Source: Ostrea edulis (lineage: Eukaryota). Taken from it: a stretch of 64,000 nucleotides of DNA. Made by a program: the position numbers and the translations under genes. Where the stretch lies: NCBI RefSeq assembly GCF_947568905.1, contig NC_079165.1:31000001-31064000 (forward strand). The letters run 5' to 3'. Under the pieces are notes generated by a model. That model worked only from the letters and a program-made list of their open reading frames with translations. It was not told the origin of the DNA and did no database searches. Below are positions 24,842-39,900 of the stretch, piece by piece (position 1 is the first letter of the stretch; each line of letters starts with the position of its first letter).

Positions 24842-27784
24842 TGTTGGATATGCAGTTACTAACACACACTACTAAATGATTGTTCAGTCCTTGAAAGATC
24901 ATCAAACTGAATGTACGGATTCAAACACTGGAATGACTAAAGGATATGGAACGCTTTGTATGATGTCTGGATGTATTTTATTGTAGAAAGGGAAATAAAT
25001 GATACAAAACTACAATTACGATTTGTATCTTATAAGTAAATTATATATAGCAGTAAAAATAAGTAAATAAAAAGACAAAGTAGATTTCTTTATACCAAAG
25101 ACAGTGATGATGGTGAGGCATCAGTCATACTGGTACATCTCATTACAGAATAGCTGATGGTACATGTGACTTCATACTCTCTTTATAACATCACTTTCTT
25201 CAATGGACATTTTTCCAGTTATTCTCCATAATAGTATCATATTGCAGTGATGTCAATGATATGAGGATTTGTACAATTTGATTACTACCGAGAGCAAAAG
25301 AAGAAAAAATAAAGATGAATTTGAAAAATACTATGACACTCATTGCATAAATTAAAACATCATTCATGAACAAAAATAAAAGTACAGTCATTCAAGTTAT
25401 TATGCTGATGAAATCCAAGAATAACACTTTAAAAAAACCATTTGGGGTAAATTAACATCTATTAGCAAATCATTAAAATGCACAATCATTCAACAGCTTA
25501 AATATTGCATGTGCATACACAGAAATAGGGTACAATACACAATAACAATGGGACCTGTGGTTTGGACCAGCCAAGACCGCAGAGTTCAGGAAAATATGGT
25601 CAACACACACACATGTATATATATACAAAAATAGATACTTCAAAATCATATGTACATTCACTGTTTAACAGTCAGATTTCATTAAAAATTTTAATTACTG
25701 TATAAGACAAAATTTTTGCCCCCGTTTTATTTTTGTCTTCATCCTGATAAGCAAATTCAAAAGTGAGCAAATTCATCTTTACTCATTATCTTAGACAAGT
25801 AAATGGTTTGGGGCAGATTTATTGACACTTGATACAAAAAAACCCCCTCCAAATAAACCAAGAAAGAAAACCCCCAAAAACAAAAACAAAAAACCCCAAT
25901 AAATACCAATGCTTGGGCTGATATATTTATTGGCTTAGTTTGGTTGTAATAAGTAAAAAATTTAAAATTTGTAAAGGATACTAGTAAATTTTCTATGATG
26001 ATCAAAATTTGAAATATATGTATATTACCCCTTCCTATAATATACTTGAGAAATTATAGGAATAAATTACATTCAATACAGTAAATTGAATAAATTTTAC
26101 TTTTAGTTTTCATCATTTTTGAAAAAAGGTTTGTAGTAAAGGTTGTTAAATTTCAAATAACATGGAACCAAAATCCCCAGTATAGAAGTCCGACATATCA
26201 ATACTGAATGTAACAAAATCTAAATAAAATATATAACTAGTAAAATATAGTATACCATTTTAATCTCAGATATTTACAAGGGACTTGATCAATGGATTTG
26301 ATACCATACATGTTTAGTCTACAGTACACATGGACCAGGTCCCCCCCCCCCCCCCCCCCCCCATATACGACTGTCCTCAATACAAATACCACACAAAAGC
26401 TTTCACAAAGCTGCAAATTCTTAACTCTGTTTACAGTGCTAATCATTGACTAGACCTTGTCACTATAGGCTTTTAATACTTTGTACTAATTGTGTATTTT
26501 TCAAATTTCTTAAATTTGACTCTATATTTCTATGCATTGACTTTTTAATTTTCTCTCAGTTAAGCAGCAAGTATCTTGTTTGCAAGCTAGCCTCTCTCAA
26601 TTATTATACAGTGACCATTACTATCAATGTAAAATATACAAAAATAAAATACGATAAAAAATTAAATTGGGCAGCTAGAATATAATTTCCAGAAAAACTC
26701 TGAGTATCTGATAGAAATTTTCATTCATAATCATATATACATGGACTGTAAAAATGAAAATTAATGAAGACAAGAGTAGCAAAAACTAAAATTTTTTTTT
26801 TTAAAAATGGATGATTGGAAATGGTTGAATATTAAATGTGTATTATACATATAGTTGAAATAACTGCTACATTTTTTGAAATAGTTTTATATAATTTTTT
26901 TTTTATATAAATCAGTAAAATAAACAACTAAATATGTTGAAAAGATATGAATGCCTCCGCTGAAGATCAAGCAATAGCTGTTAAATGACTATGCCACAGA
27001 CGAACATTTACTTGAATTCAATATAAAGCTTGTCACTACTACATATTAGAATCATTCCGGTAAATATTCACAGATATGTCTTAAAAGTTTAAATTTCAAA
27101 ATCCATGATCCAAATAATAACTGAACGAACTTTAATTCTTTTCATATCTGGAATAATTTAACCTTGACCTCAGCTATAGGCAAATATACACAATTAGCAT
27201 GAATTCTGTGTCAATAAACTTAAAAATATAGATGAATTGTCTCTAAACCAACAACGAAGGATGGATGAACAAGGCAACACTATATCATATCGACCCTTTC
27301 CGTGGGAGGGCGATACCGGTAAAACTTACAATTAAAATACATGTACAAATATCACAGATAATAAGGAACATCTACTCCAAGTAACTTACATTACATGTAA
27401 CATAATTCAATATTCACCGAATATTAATGATAATTTTTCTGTATTTGCTGAGGCATACTCTATCAAATAAAACCATATAGTGGGAAAAGTTATCTTTAAC
27501 AACTACACGTAAAAGTCAGACCTGCCAATGTTTCCTTAAAAAAAGATAAACTAGATGAACTTTTACTAAGATTGTCCAACATCATCCCTGAAATTAAGTC
27601 ACAACTCTGTCTTTAACTTTAATATACAAACAGTACTCTAAATGTCTTGAATAAATATCCAATAACATTTACAGTAATCTCAAATAACCAAAATTAATAA
27701 CCCAACAATAACACCGTTATATTGTTATATAACTCTCCTCTCCACAAAGGATCCGCTGATGTTTGTGCGAGTACAGTTCAGGTC

Positions 27785-27912
27785 TCAGCAGCAACCACAG
27801 CATTTTTTCTTCTCTCCCGGCTTGAGGTTCTTCTTACCCAGAATATTCATCAGTCCTTTACTCATGAAGTATGGCTTATCTGCTGTTCCATCATTCATTT
27901 CAAGATCCTCCA
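27785..27912 (-). CDS. SLC44A2: SLC44 exon 23 ([18 protein letters not shown]...KKKCCGCC stop)
   Basis: EDLE.NDG...PY.MS motif, TGA stop. Confidence 0.95.
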
Positions 27913-30900
27913 CTGTAAATTACCAAGACCAAAGTTTTAACACGGCATTGTCACAGGGAATTCGTTCTACACAGCAAAATCTTAAACTGCAGGATCTTCT
28001 CTAAACACTTATTTTTAGGACTGTATCACATTCATTTACAAATTAACATGTCCTAATAAAAGTTCTTATTCTTAAGATAACCCTACATGGCAAGGAAAAG
28101 ACCAGGAACAGGAATATAATTATGACAAGTTATTCCTGGGCTGCATTCAAGATCGTAGCGCCTAGCCTAGGGGCTAGGTATGGTGGCTGATTTGTGCCAT
28201 TGTACAATTTGTCGTCTTTTCGTTATTTTGAGGCGAAAAGTAGCTTATATTATCATTTAGTCGTCTTCTCATTATTTCGGGATGAAAAATCGCTAAATAT
28301 CACTTTGTTGTCGTTTCTCCTCGAAATAACAAACAGACAATAAAGTGCATGTAAAATTGCACAAATCAGCCACCATACCTAGCCCCTAGGCTAGCCGCTA
28401 TGATCTTGAACACAGCCCAGGTGATTAAAATCCTATCCAGAATGTTGCACTCCTGCAAAGACTACGACCATGTTTGATGTTGTGACAAATCCTTTGAGCA
28501 CATCACCAGTTTAGGTCTGTGGTTACTTATCAGGACGTTTTTTTTTTTATTATCTGAGTTTATCAAATGAGGTAACACACACACTCCATTTTTTCTACTT
28601 ACAGAAACAAAGGAAGAGAGTGTCCACAGCCATTTCATAGACACTGAAGAAGCAACAGCATATCAGGTAGGTCCCTATGATTACAATCTGCAATAAACAG
28701 GCAAATGCATATAAATTAAAAATGCTGAAGATCTCAAAATGTTCTGGACAGGTGATCTACATGTAATTAAGTGGTGATGATTTCGATGACAACGAAGAGG
28801 AGGAATACTTTCATAGTGGCAATAATCACAAAATGTTTGGTGGTGATGATTGGGGATAATTCTGATAAGAATGAAGTTGAAGAGGAGTCCTGACATAGTG
28901 GCAATACTGAAGAAACAAGCAAAGGCTTTAGAGAAACATAAGTTTTGCATATACTCACAATTACAGGCGTGATGTAATAATTCAAATCGGTGGGCAAATA
29001 GTCAGCAAAGAACTGCACTTTCCCTTGAAACCAGAAGTAGGCAGCCACACCTGTGCAGTACAATGTAAATGTTCTTACACCACAGTTAACAACAAATACA
29101 GTAGAACCCTAACAGAACTCTAATTACTATACATTGAATATCTGAACTTTTCATCATTTAAAAAAAATAAAAATCTATACTATTCCTTTTCTCATTTAGA
29201 ATGATTCAATGTTTTAACTAGTCTCGATAGTCTTAAGTTATTCAATTCTTAGGTATTCCAATCTTTTCTGTTTAGTATTCAATAATTTGAATGTTTTCAA
29301 AAGAAGATGGGTGACTTTATCGAGCCAAGAACCGACAGTAGGACAAATATCAAAGTTTAAAATTGAAACTCTCCAGAAAAAAAAAATTTGCATTCTAGTT
29401 GAAACAATCAATCCATAGTTTCCACAAATGCTTTTTCGATGTGACCATTTAAAAGGAACATTGAAAAAATCCTACTTAAAATCACATACATGTATATGTG
29501 AAAAATGCTCAAAATAACAGTAAATTTGACTTTTCCAAGCAGATTTTCATATGGAGTGGGCCAAGTCTCCATTGTGAACTGAGTAAAATATGTTAGTACA
29601 TGTTCAGGTGTAATATGTTTTGTGATTAAGAGTATGGAGACTTGACCTATACTTTATGAAAAAAACCTCTTGTGTATAACTTTTGTCATATTATCAAGAA
29701 AATTTCTATGTCCACGACGGGTGACATTAGATAGCTTGAAATTCGGAAAAATTTCATGGGATGGATAGCCAAGGTGGTATAGCGACAGTCTCATTGAAGT
29801 TTTGGACAGGCCCAGATTGCGTATTTGTGGTTCGAATACCAATTTTTCCTAGTACCTATTTTTTTTCTCTTATGAATTATTAGACTTCCCATAATTATTT
29901 GTGTCTGGCATTTTATGCTAAGTTTATGAAGTCTTAATGACGATCACAAGTAATAGATTCCAACATGCGGCTAGTGAATAAATGTAAACATGAATGGGGC
30001 CTCCTGTGAAGTACAGATGTTGTTTATGTAATTGATGACTTAAGGTGGGTCCTTAGTCCTGGAATTTTGGGGTTTTGGTAGCATTTTTTTGTTTGGAATC
30101 AATAAATTAACATTCAGAGTAATGAAAAAAGGCAAAACAGTTAAGGATTTCCATATTAATTTTCATTACAGACACTACTGAAGTCGTGTTCCCCTATGTA
30201 GATTTTTATGAAATTCATTGGAAACAGTTATTTGTTGTTATTTTAAAATAAAAACAACAAAAATATTTTTTGAATTGCATTTATTTATCGGGAAACACGT
30301 CAATAACTAAAACACATGTCATTTTCAATATATTCATCAAGTTTTAAAATGATATGTGCAAAATTATTGAATTAGCGTTATTCTCCAAAATGTTAAAAAA
30401 CAAACAAATGTGGACGCATTTTCCTTATTGCATGGTTTACATATTATTTTTTCTGTTTATATTAGTAGATGTACATCTGTTATAGTTATTTATGAAAAAT
30501 AATCCATACCTTTCCTTAATAATTTCAAATCTATAGCTTTCAGAGTATGTATACCCCCATAAAAAAATGAAGTCTGGCACCATACAGTTGAGCTATTCAA
30601 AATCACTCGGGATTAAAATTTTATGTAATTTCATGAAAAGACACAGATAATGATTCCTTATCACCTTGGTAAAATGTTTGTCAAAAATAAAGGAAATCTA
30701 TCGCATAATGAACTTGATAAAATAATTTAATGAAAACAGAGTTATTGTCCTTGGATTCAATATTTTGAAACATATCATTGACTTTTCAAATATAACTAAG
30801 ACTTTTGCAATATTTTATGGCTAACAAGATTTTTTACAATAACTATTGAAAAAGGCTCCAACAAAATTTATGTTCCTGTCATTAAATCATTGACTTTGCA

Positions 30901-33900
30901 AAATCTTATGACGTCACAGGAGTGTGGAACTCCGTTAAAGGAAAGTTAAAGAGAACAATTTCAACAATGCTTAAGAAGTTACTTGAAGAGATCAAGACAA
31001 GCCAAATATGCAACCAACTGGTGCAGACGGTCTAAAAGGCACAGTGAACTACAGTTCAGTATGAAAACAAAAGCAAATCAAGTGTCTGTTTCTGTCCCAT
31101 TTGTATTTGCTGGGGAATCTTAACAGCAAATGTGTGTTCTGTAACTGTAAAACCAGCCTCAGAGTTGTACCAAAAGAGGTGAGAACTGATGTCTTTATCA
31201 TATTCGGTATATTAGTACCAGTAGGTTGTAAATGCTGTTCAAAAACATCTGTTGGGGGAAAACTGAATCCAAATCAAAGCATTAATACTGCACCATACAG
31301 AAAACGCTATTCCTCATTTGATTTACTCCACAAAACGTGAGGTTTCTCGTTCACATCAATTAATACATACAATATGTATGTCAATGGAAATGCAGAGTAC
31401 GTACTGTTGGATGTTGTGAGCATATATGCAGTGTCATTTGGTACCTTAGGTACTTCAGGCATCAGTGTAATTATGTGCGTGTTAAAAACCACTTAATGTC
31501 CAATATACATAATGCTGCCTGCGAAACAAATTCTGATGATGATTTTGATTAAATATCATTCTTTGAAGTATGATCTATATATTTGTTTTTAATTCTAAAT
31601 ATTTTGGACAGCGTTATAGTACAGTACTGTATCTATTGTAACCGGTGCCCAATCATGAATAGGCTTATTGTTCGTCAAGTTCACCCATCTTCTTTGAATG
31701 CAATTCTCTATCTTAAAAATAAGATGATCATTTAAGTATAAAATATCAGTATGCCTGCACTCACCCACTGATGCCGTTACAAGTAATTTACTGAGGAACA
31801 AAACATAGTCTGTAATTTTGTCCAACACCACTACCCTGAAACACAAAAAAAAGCAAAATTTTAAGAGTTATTTCCCTGACATAATGCGCTGAAGATCACT
31901 GAATCTAGGGACAGTAGAGTACCATACCTGACTATATTTCTTAGAATCAGGAAAAAGGCATCTTTAGCAGCTGTGCAGAAATTTTTGCCATAAACAGCAA
32001 TCTGTAAACAAAAACAAAAAAATTACTTTCAAACTTAAAATATAGAGACAATACAAAAACTAAAGAAATTGATATTGCCATAAGTATTGATACACAATAG
32101 TAAGGTTATCAATTCTATATATTAATTAGAAAAAAATGGGTTTTTTTTCATTGTGGTCATGCATACCAATATATATGCATTTCTGTTCAAAAATCTCATG
32201 AATTTCTCTAGACACCAGAAGCAGCATTTCAGACACCTGCAAATTAAAAATAAAATAAAATAAAGCTAGTACAATGTAATCACAGGGTTGGCACTCTTCT
32301 ATTTGATTTTATCAAATTTTCATGGATCTGTAGATAATAATCTCCGAGTTATTTTCTTTCCAAAATAAATTATAAATTTCAGATGAGTAACTTACGCTAA
32401 AAAGAATTTGGCCACTACATTTTCGGAGCCTTTGAGCTTATGGTCCATATATTCTAAAGCCACTCTTATCATCTGAATAATGGCAATGATTAGAGATCCA
32501 AATGCTAAAGATCCAAAATGGTATCTGTAAAAAAAATATAATACGCACACTATATAATTCTCTGACAGAACTAGAATCAAGTATTCAAAATACAAACAGT
32601 ACATGTGTTATAAAGGGCAAATAACTCTCAGTTTTGGCTGATACACGCATTACAGTTCAAGAGTATGCTCTCAATGTATTCTGTCCACCTGAAGCAATAT
32701 CATACTCATTTGTATTTTATCTGTATTAAAACTGTTTACAAGCTTAGGGCATGTCTTATTTACCCCCCACCCACCCCCAACACACACGATAAGAAAAAAG
32801 ATAACCATTCAAGCTTGATGAATGTACACTGTATTTTAGTATTTAATTAAAATTCTAACTTGATGTGGAAATTTGCTCAGCATGTTACTAACCTGAATGT
32901 TCTGTACAGTGATGCTGACAGAGGGAATGCTGGGATATCTTTGGGTTTCTCAAATGCCCAATAATAGGAAGCGAAGGCACCGGCCAGCACCATCTGCCCC
33001 ATAGCAACCACAAAGTTCATAGTCCAGAAAAACATAAACAGCATGAAAACCATCATCACTGTAATGTATCTGAAAGAAAATACATTCTCGTTCTTCAAGA
33101 TGTTCAATGGGAAGTACATTGTATCATGTTCATAAGAAAGACTGCAAAGAACATCCCACCCTAAGCCTGTAAAGCATGCCTACATTATTACACCCCTCTG
33201 AAAATGAGTCTATGATATGTTAAACCATGTCTACATCATTATACACCCCTCTGAAAATTATTTTGATATGTTGAAGTTAAAAATTATTTTGAAATGTTGA
33301 AGTTAAACACCCCTACATTATTACATCATGTAGACACATTTTTTTTATCAGAGCAGAGTTATACTTACTCTGTTCCTCCATATTTCACAAAATCACAATA
33401 GGAGCCTTGTGTAGTGCCCTGCAACAGATTCATGAGCATCATTAAATAACTCATCCTATCTTAGTCTCAGTAATACTGAAAATTCTGAGAGAGAGAGAGA
33501 GGGGGGGGGGGAGAGAGAGAGGAGGATATATATAGAGAGAGGCTTACATCAGGTTCACAAGGGATTCTGGAGAGATAGTAGTTGATCCCATCATCAGTGG
33601 TGTTGGTTCCATTTGTATAGTACTTCTGGTCCCCAATGGAAGCAATGTAACTTGCAGAGTTAAGAAATTGAAGTGTTTCAGAAAACTGTTCTCATTACAT
33701 TACTTTACTTGAGATACATGTATAACAAAATGATAAAAATATCAATGATGGAATTGGTCCAAAATCAGATTCGAGATATACAGCAACTTACAGGTTTACA
33801 ACTGTTAACTTGGAAATTAATGAGTGGTTATAATCTAATTTAACAATTCTTTTGGGAGAAAGAACTTTTGATATAAAAACCCCATATATTAGTTTCCCTA

Positions 33901-36900
33901 ATGTGCTTTTGTAAACAAAATATATTAATGTTGCAGAAATATCATCCATGCATAAGGCTTATCCAATGAATCTTCGTGATCATAATTTCGATACAATGAA
34001 CATTTTCTGTAACTCATCATTCAGCAATGTTGACAATTGAACAAGGATACACTGAGCTCAGTCCAAAGTACCCCACAATTACTAGCTGGAAGGCAAAGGG
34101 GAAGATTGGCCATATTAAAGTGAAGATCATGTTTCCAATGGCTCTAAAAATAGTAAGTCATAATTCAGAATTATTATCAGAAAGAATATGAAAGTTGATG
34201 GTAGAAAAAATTATCTAATGCTAAATGCATATATTCCTGTTACAATAAAATCTTTTAAAGAATGAACAGTTGATAGTTATACTAAATATCTCACCGGCTT
34301 CCTTCTTTGATCAACTCAATAGCAATACAAATTCTGCTAAGGAGGAAGATCAGCAACAGGACAAATATGGCCAAAAATGTGGCAGTTCCACAGGCTGGAA
34401 ATTAACAAAAAAGAATCTTATCCTCACAATTGATATCAAACATACCATATTAAAGCAATACAAGCTGTAACTGATGGTATTTTGTCAACTATATATCCAA
34501 TTATGCACCAAATGACACATATCTATATAACTAAAATAATCTCCCAAGATCTGAAAAAAAATTCAGCAAAATAAACAAGGGAATATTGTTTGAGAGCATT
34601 ACCGTGAACATGGGAACGTTCGATTGCTGAATATACAAAGTCATATACAAAGATGGAAACTGATGTGAGTAACTACATGTCATTTGTTTTAAAATATTAC
34701 ATCATTTCATGAATGACAAAAAAGTACAAGTGTAAGAAAGTAATTATTATGCAAATGTGCCACTCATGAAATTTTGATTGTAAATTTTCTATAAAATTGG
34801 CCTGTTAAATTGTTTACAAATCTGACACGTGCTCAGTGCCTCTTCTTCGCTTTTTTCCAAATTGGTGACCTCCGAGGTCAATGCACATCAGAGATTACGA
34901 GAAGAAATTACTGACAGGATGACAACGATTCATGAATCCATATTTTCTGCTGATTGGACGGGTTTATTGCTTCAGATTCACTCTGATATTCTATGAAGTT
35001 ATATATATTCAATCACAAATATTCTAAATATTTGTTCTTTTATTTTTTCAATTTATTTGCCATCAGTTAGAGCTTGTATTGCTTTAAACATTGAAAAATT
35101 AATTCCTGTTAATTTCATTGAAAATTTACCTCCGAGAACTACAAAGATTCTGAGATGAAAAAGTGTGTAGAATTTTTTTTAGACGTAATGAAAAATTATA
35201 TTTCTTCCATGCTCAGATCATGCTTACCAAAAGCCAGCCATGTTTCTTTGAGCTGTAGGTAGTAGCTGAAGTTGAGGGCGAAAGCCTCGGAGTAACCCCA
35301 TTCTCCTGTCACATTCTTTGTCTTTAGATCGTAGTACTGAACATAACTGTAGTAGCAGGCTACAATTCAGAAAACAAAGTCAATCAGGTTCAGGAACAAT
35401 TTGTGGATCAAGATTACGGGGGACATATTCCACTACAGTCACTGCAGAGATCAAAGAAATGCCGCTGCCATTATTCTGCAATATTCCTGACTAGATATTT
35501 TGTATTGCCTTAAAACAGCTGTTAAATGTATAATTTATGGCTGTTCTGTGATCCTCCCTACTGTTTTTACACTTTGTGTCTCAAAGCTAATAAACCAATG
35601 AAATTATAACTGATCATTTTATTTAATAATCATAAAAATCATTCCATATAATGCACAAATAAATTTATAAATGACTGATATATACCTACATGTATATTAC
35701 AACAGTAATACAATATAACTGGTACCTTAATATTAAACACGAACTACAAGTCAAAACAACAATCATATATGGAATCTAAGAAAAAACCTTGTTCATTCCT
35801 TTCTTTGCAAAATGATAGAACATTAACCTACCATATGACAAAACAGCTAATACTGCGAAAATACTGAACCACACAATAATTCCCGTCAGCCATCGCATCA
35901 GAACAATCCAGATAAAACATGTCACCATGGCAGCACCCATAAACCTGTGTTAAACGTCAAGACATCTTTTATCATGAAGCATTCCTTTACTGGTTGTAAA
36001 ATAATGAGAGTTTAGGATTCACAGTAACACAAGTAATTAATGAATGAAGTTACATTTTTTCTGTGTGTAGGTTACATTTTACTGTACCGATACTTACACA
36101 ATCAGTCAATACCAGCATTTCTTCTGTGTGATTGTTAGATTTTACTATACCGATACTTACACAATCAGTCAATACCAGCATTTCTTCTGTGTCTATGTTA
36201 CATTTTACTGTACCGATACTTACACAATCAGTCAATACCAGCATTTCTTCTGTGTCTATGTTACATTTTACTGTACCGATACTTACACAATCAGTCAATA
36301 CCAGCATTTCTTCTGTGTCTATGTTACATTTTACTGTACCGATACTTACACAATCAGTCAATACCAGCATTTCTTCTGCGTGATTGTTAGATTTTACTAT
36401 ACCAATACTTACACAATCAGTCAATACCAGCATTTCTTCTGTGTCTATGTTACATTTTACTGTACCGATACTTACACAAGCAGTAGATACCAGGAGGCAA
36501 CAACGTCCTTGAAGATCCTCTCCACAACTTCACTGACCGACATAAATTTAGCCAGCCAACTGGAAGATCAGAATAATTTACTTTATCATTACGATACTGA
36601 GAACAAAGTAAGCTGTTATATATAAAAATGCCATAAAAATGACTCAATTTTGATAGCAACTGCATGGATAAAAATTAAGGGCTCAAAGATCATTGATGAA
36701 AACTCAACATATTGATCAGGTACTTTAAGATTGTACAGGTCTCCCAAATAAACAGAACACCTTTAATCTGTTGTAAATAGTGCTTCATAATAATGCAGAT
36801 TATCGTAAGCCTGAAGCTGAGATTTCTACTATGTACACAGAGTCAGCTACAACTGCAGTGGAATATATAATATGTACATGTATATTTCACTAAATGTCAA

Positions 36901-39900
36901 TAGCAAAAGATAATACATATACAAATGTATGTCAAGGTCAAATTGTCACAATGTCATTGACCTTGGTTTCATTTGAAATAAGATTCATTAAAATGTACAG
37001 TAAGCCATCCATTAAGTCTAAATCTCCCAAATACTTAATGTGTACTGTAGTTGAAAAGTAGCTGCAGAACTGTAGCTCTCGGAGAAAATATTGGGATAGT
37101 TCTGATCTGTCCCTATATTTTCTCAGAGAGCTACAGTTAAAAAGGTATGAACAAGGTTTGAAACAGACAGGTAAACCCTACAAATCAAGCTTAGGGCATA
37201 TGAATGAAACTCTCTGTCCATATACTCACTAGCTAGCCTCGTTCATGGCATCTCCCGTGATTCCTTCACCGGCAGAGTTGGTGAGATTGAAGTCGGTACT
37301 GCCATCAGTAACATACAGGTTCTGAGCCCAGTCTGTTATCTCCAGAAAGAAGGAGGGGATGCAACGACCAACCACTGTTCAAAAATCACACATCACCACA
37401 TTAAACATATGCAAAGGCCCATTCCTTTTTCTTGTGAGAATGGACATTTGGAACAAAATGTACTGTGACAGTGCGAAAATTAGAAAAAGGATTTTCTGTC
37501 AAACACTATATATATCAATTCCCTATATGCTACACACACATTTCATTGGCCTTCTACCAGCTAGTTAACCACAAGAGTCAACACCTGCATGTATGCGTCC
37601 ACTAGTGCTAATAGATCTCAGATAGTGTAGCAAGTATGATGCTTGGATTTGGAGAGGGGGGGGGGGGGGGGGTGTCGAGGTAGTCCCAACCCCTACTCCC
37701 TGGAATTTGCTTTCATTCTTTTAAAACCTATTTGATGTTAAATTTGAAAAATAATTATAATAAAGTAACAAAAACTTTTATTTTATATGACGTGGAGCAA
37801 TATTGCCATAGCAACAAAATGGAAACAGAAAAAGCTAAAACATATTGTGATGTCATTCCTAAGACATCGATCATATTGCATGACCTAGCTATCATATCAA
37901 TCAGTTTATTCAATATAAATGATGTTCATAAAGTTAAAGGAACCATTCAAATTACATTTTAAATCCAGGAAATGGCCAACAGGAATATGGTAAAGCCCGT
38001 GCACAAAATGAAGGTATACTTAGTAAGCAATCAAACAAAACTACGGGCCCATCACTTTATTAGGTGCACTTAATGGAAAATCTTCATTAGCGCTCATCAT
38101 ATGAACGTCTTTATAACTTTGCTGATGAAATTGATTAGTACTGTACATGAAACTCGGACAAGATTCAGGAAAGCTTGAATTATTGTACTGCTGACAATGT
38201 TATTGATTTTTCTTTGAAAATGATGAACCTAGCTCCTTTCTTCAAAATTATAAACTTTGATACATAATCGAGTAAATCATCTTCGCTGAGCCAAGTGTGA
38301 CGATACACGCAGTGTTTCTCTTTCAAAGAGAAACATCGCGTACTGTCACCCTTGGCTAGCAAAGATGAGAGTAAACTTTAAGCTTTTATGCATTGAAATG
38401 TGGGGTTTTTTTTCAGAGTAAGGTATTAACAGATTTTATAGAGTGTACATCAAGAGTTGATACTAGTGCATATTCTATTACTATTACCATTATAGAATGT
38501 TCCAAAAAATGTCTAAGAAAGATATGGTTTAATTCAATATTTTTCAATACAGATGTCATTGAAAATTTCATTTCAATACATGTAGTGAAAACTGCCTAAT
38601 CTGACACCTGCGTATAATCAGTGAAAACTGCCTAATCTGACACCTGCATATAATCAGTGAAAACTGCCTAATCCGACACCTGTGCAATCCATTTCACTGG
38701 ACACTCCGACCCTTATTTTCATCCTCACTCTCATATTTTCATTGTTCTTTTTTACAATGTTTATTTCAACACACTGTGCATACTGACAAAAAATTGTCTC
38801 CCAGTGCAAGTTGGATTAGACAGGTTTCACTATATATAAAGAAATACATGACAATTCAAAACTTTCAGAGCAATTGTTGAAAAGTATATTTTACACTACA
38901 AGTATTTTGTCTCAAAATGTATTAGAAATCATATGAAAACTGGTAGCATGCTAAAAATGTATAATTCACTGTATACAAAAACATTTCTGCACAAGTGCAG
39001 GTTTCTGCAACTTGCTTAAATTTGGATATAATCAATTTGTTGTTCTTTTAAATACTATAATTAACGAACAATTCATATTTGCTGCTTAACGTAGTTCCAC
39101 ACTCGTGTGATGTCATAGGATTTTGCAAAGTCAATAATTTAATGATAGGAACAAAAATTTTGTTGGAATCTTTTTCAATAGTTATTGTAAAAAATCTTGT
39201 TAGCCATAAAATATTTCAAAATTCTTAGTTATATTTGAATAGTCAATTATATGTTTCAAAATATTGAATCCAAGGACAATAACTCTGTTTTCATTCAATT
39301 ATTTATCAAGTCCATAATGCGATATATTTCCTTTATTTTTGACAAACATTTTACCAAGGTGATAAGAAATCATTATCTGTGTTTTTTCATGAAATTACAT
39401 ACAATTTTAATCCCGAGTGATTTAAATAGCTCAGCTGTATGGTGCCAGACTTCAGTTTTTGATGGGTATACATAATCTGGAAGCTATAGATTTGAAATTA
39501 TTAAGGAAAGGTATGGATTTTTTCCCATGAATAACTATAACAGATGTAACTCTACTAATATAAACAGAAAAAATGATATGTAAACCATGCCATAAGGAAA
39601 ATGCGTCCACATTTGTTTGTTTTTTAACATTTTGGGGAATAACGCTAATTCAATAATTTTCCACATATTATTCTAAAACTTGATGAACATATTGAAAATG
39701 ACATGTGTTTTAGTTATTGACATGTTTCCCGATAAATAAATGCAATTCAAAAAATATTTTGTTGTTTTTATATTAAAATAACAACAAATAACTGTTTCCA
39801 ATGAATTTCATAAAAATCTACGTCGGGGTATATGACTTTAGTGGTGTATGTAATGAAAATTAATATGGAAACCCTTAACTGTTTTGCCTTTTTTCATTAC

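Noticed and set aside
28760-28930. [13 protein letters not shown] resembling a duplicated exon 22
   Set aside because: No splice sites giving the right phase; the region is just an imperfect ~80-bp direct repeat, so the similarity is probably chance.
36050-36625. Repetitive 83-165 aa ORFs
   Set aside because: 63-bp array; only 36476-36559 is a real exon.
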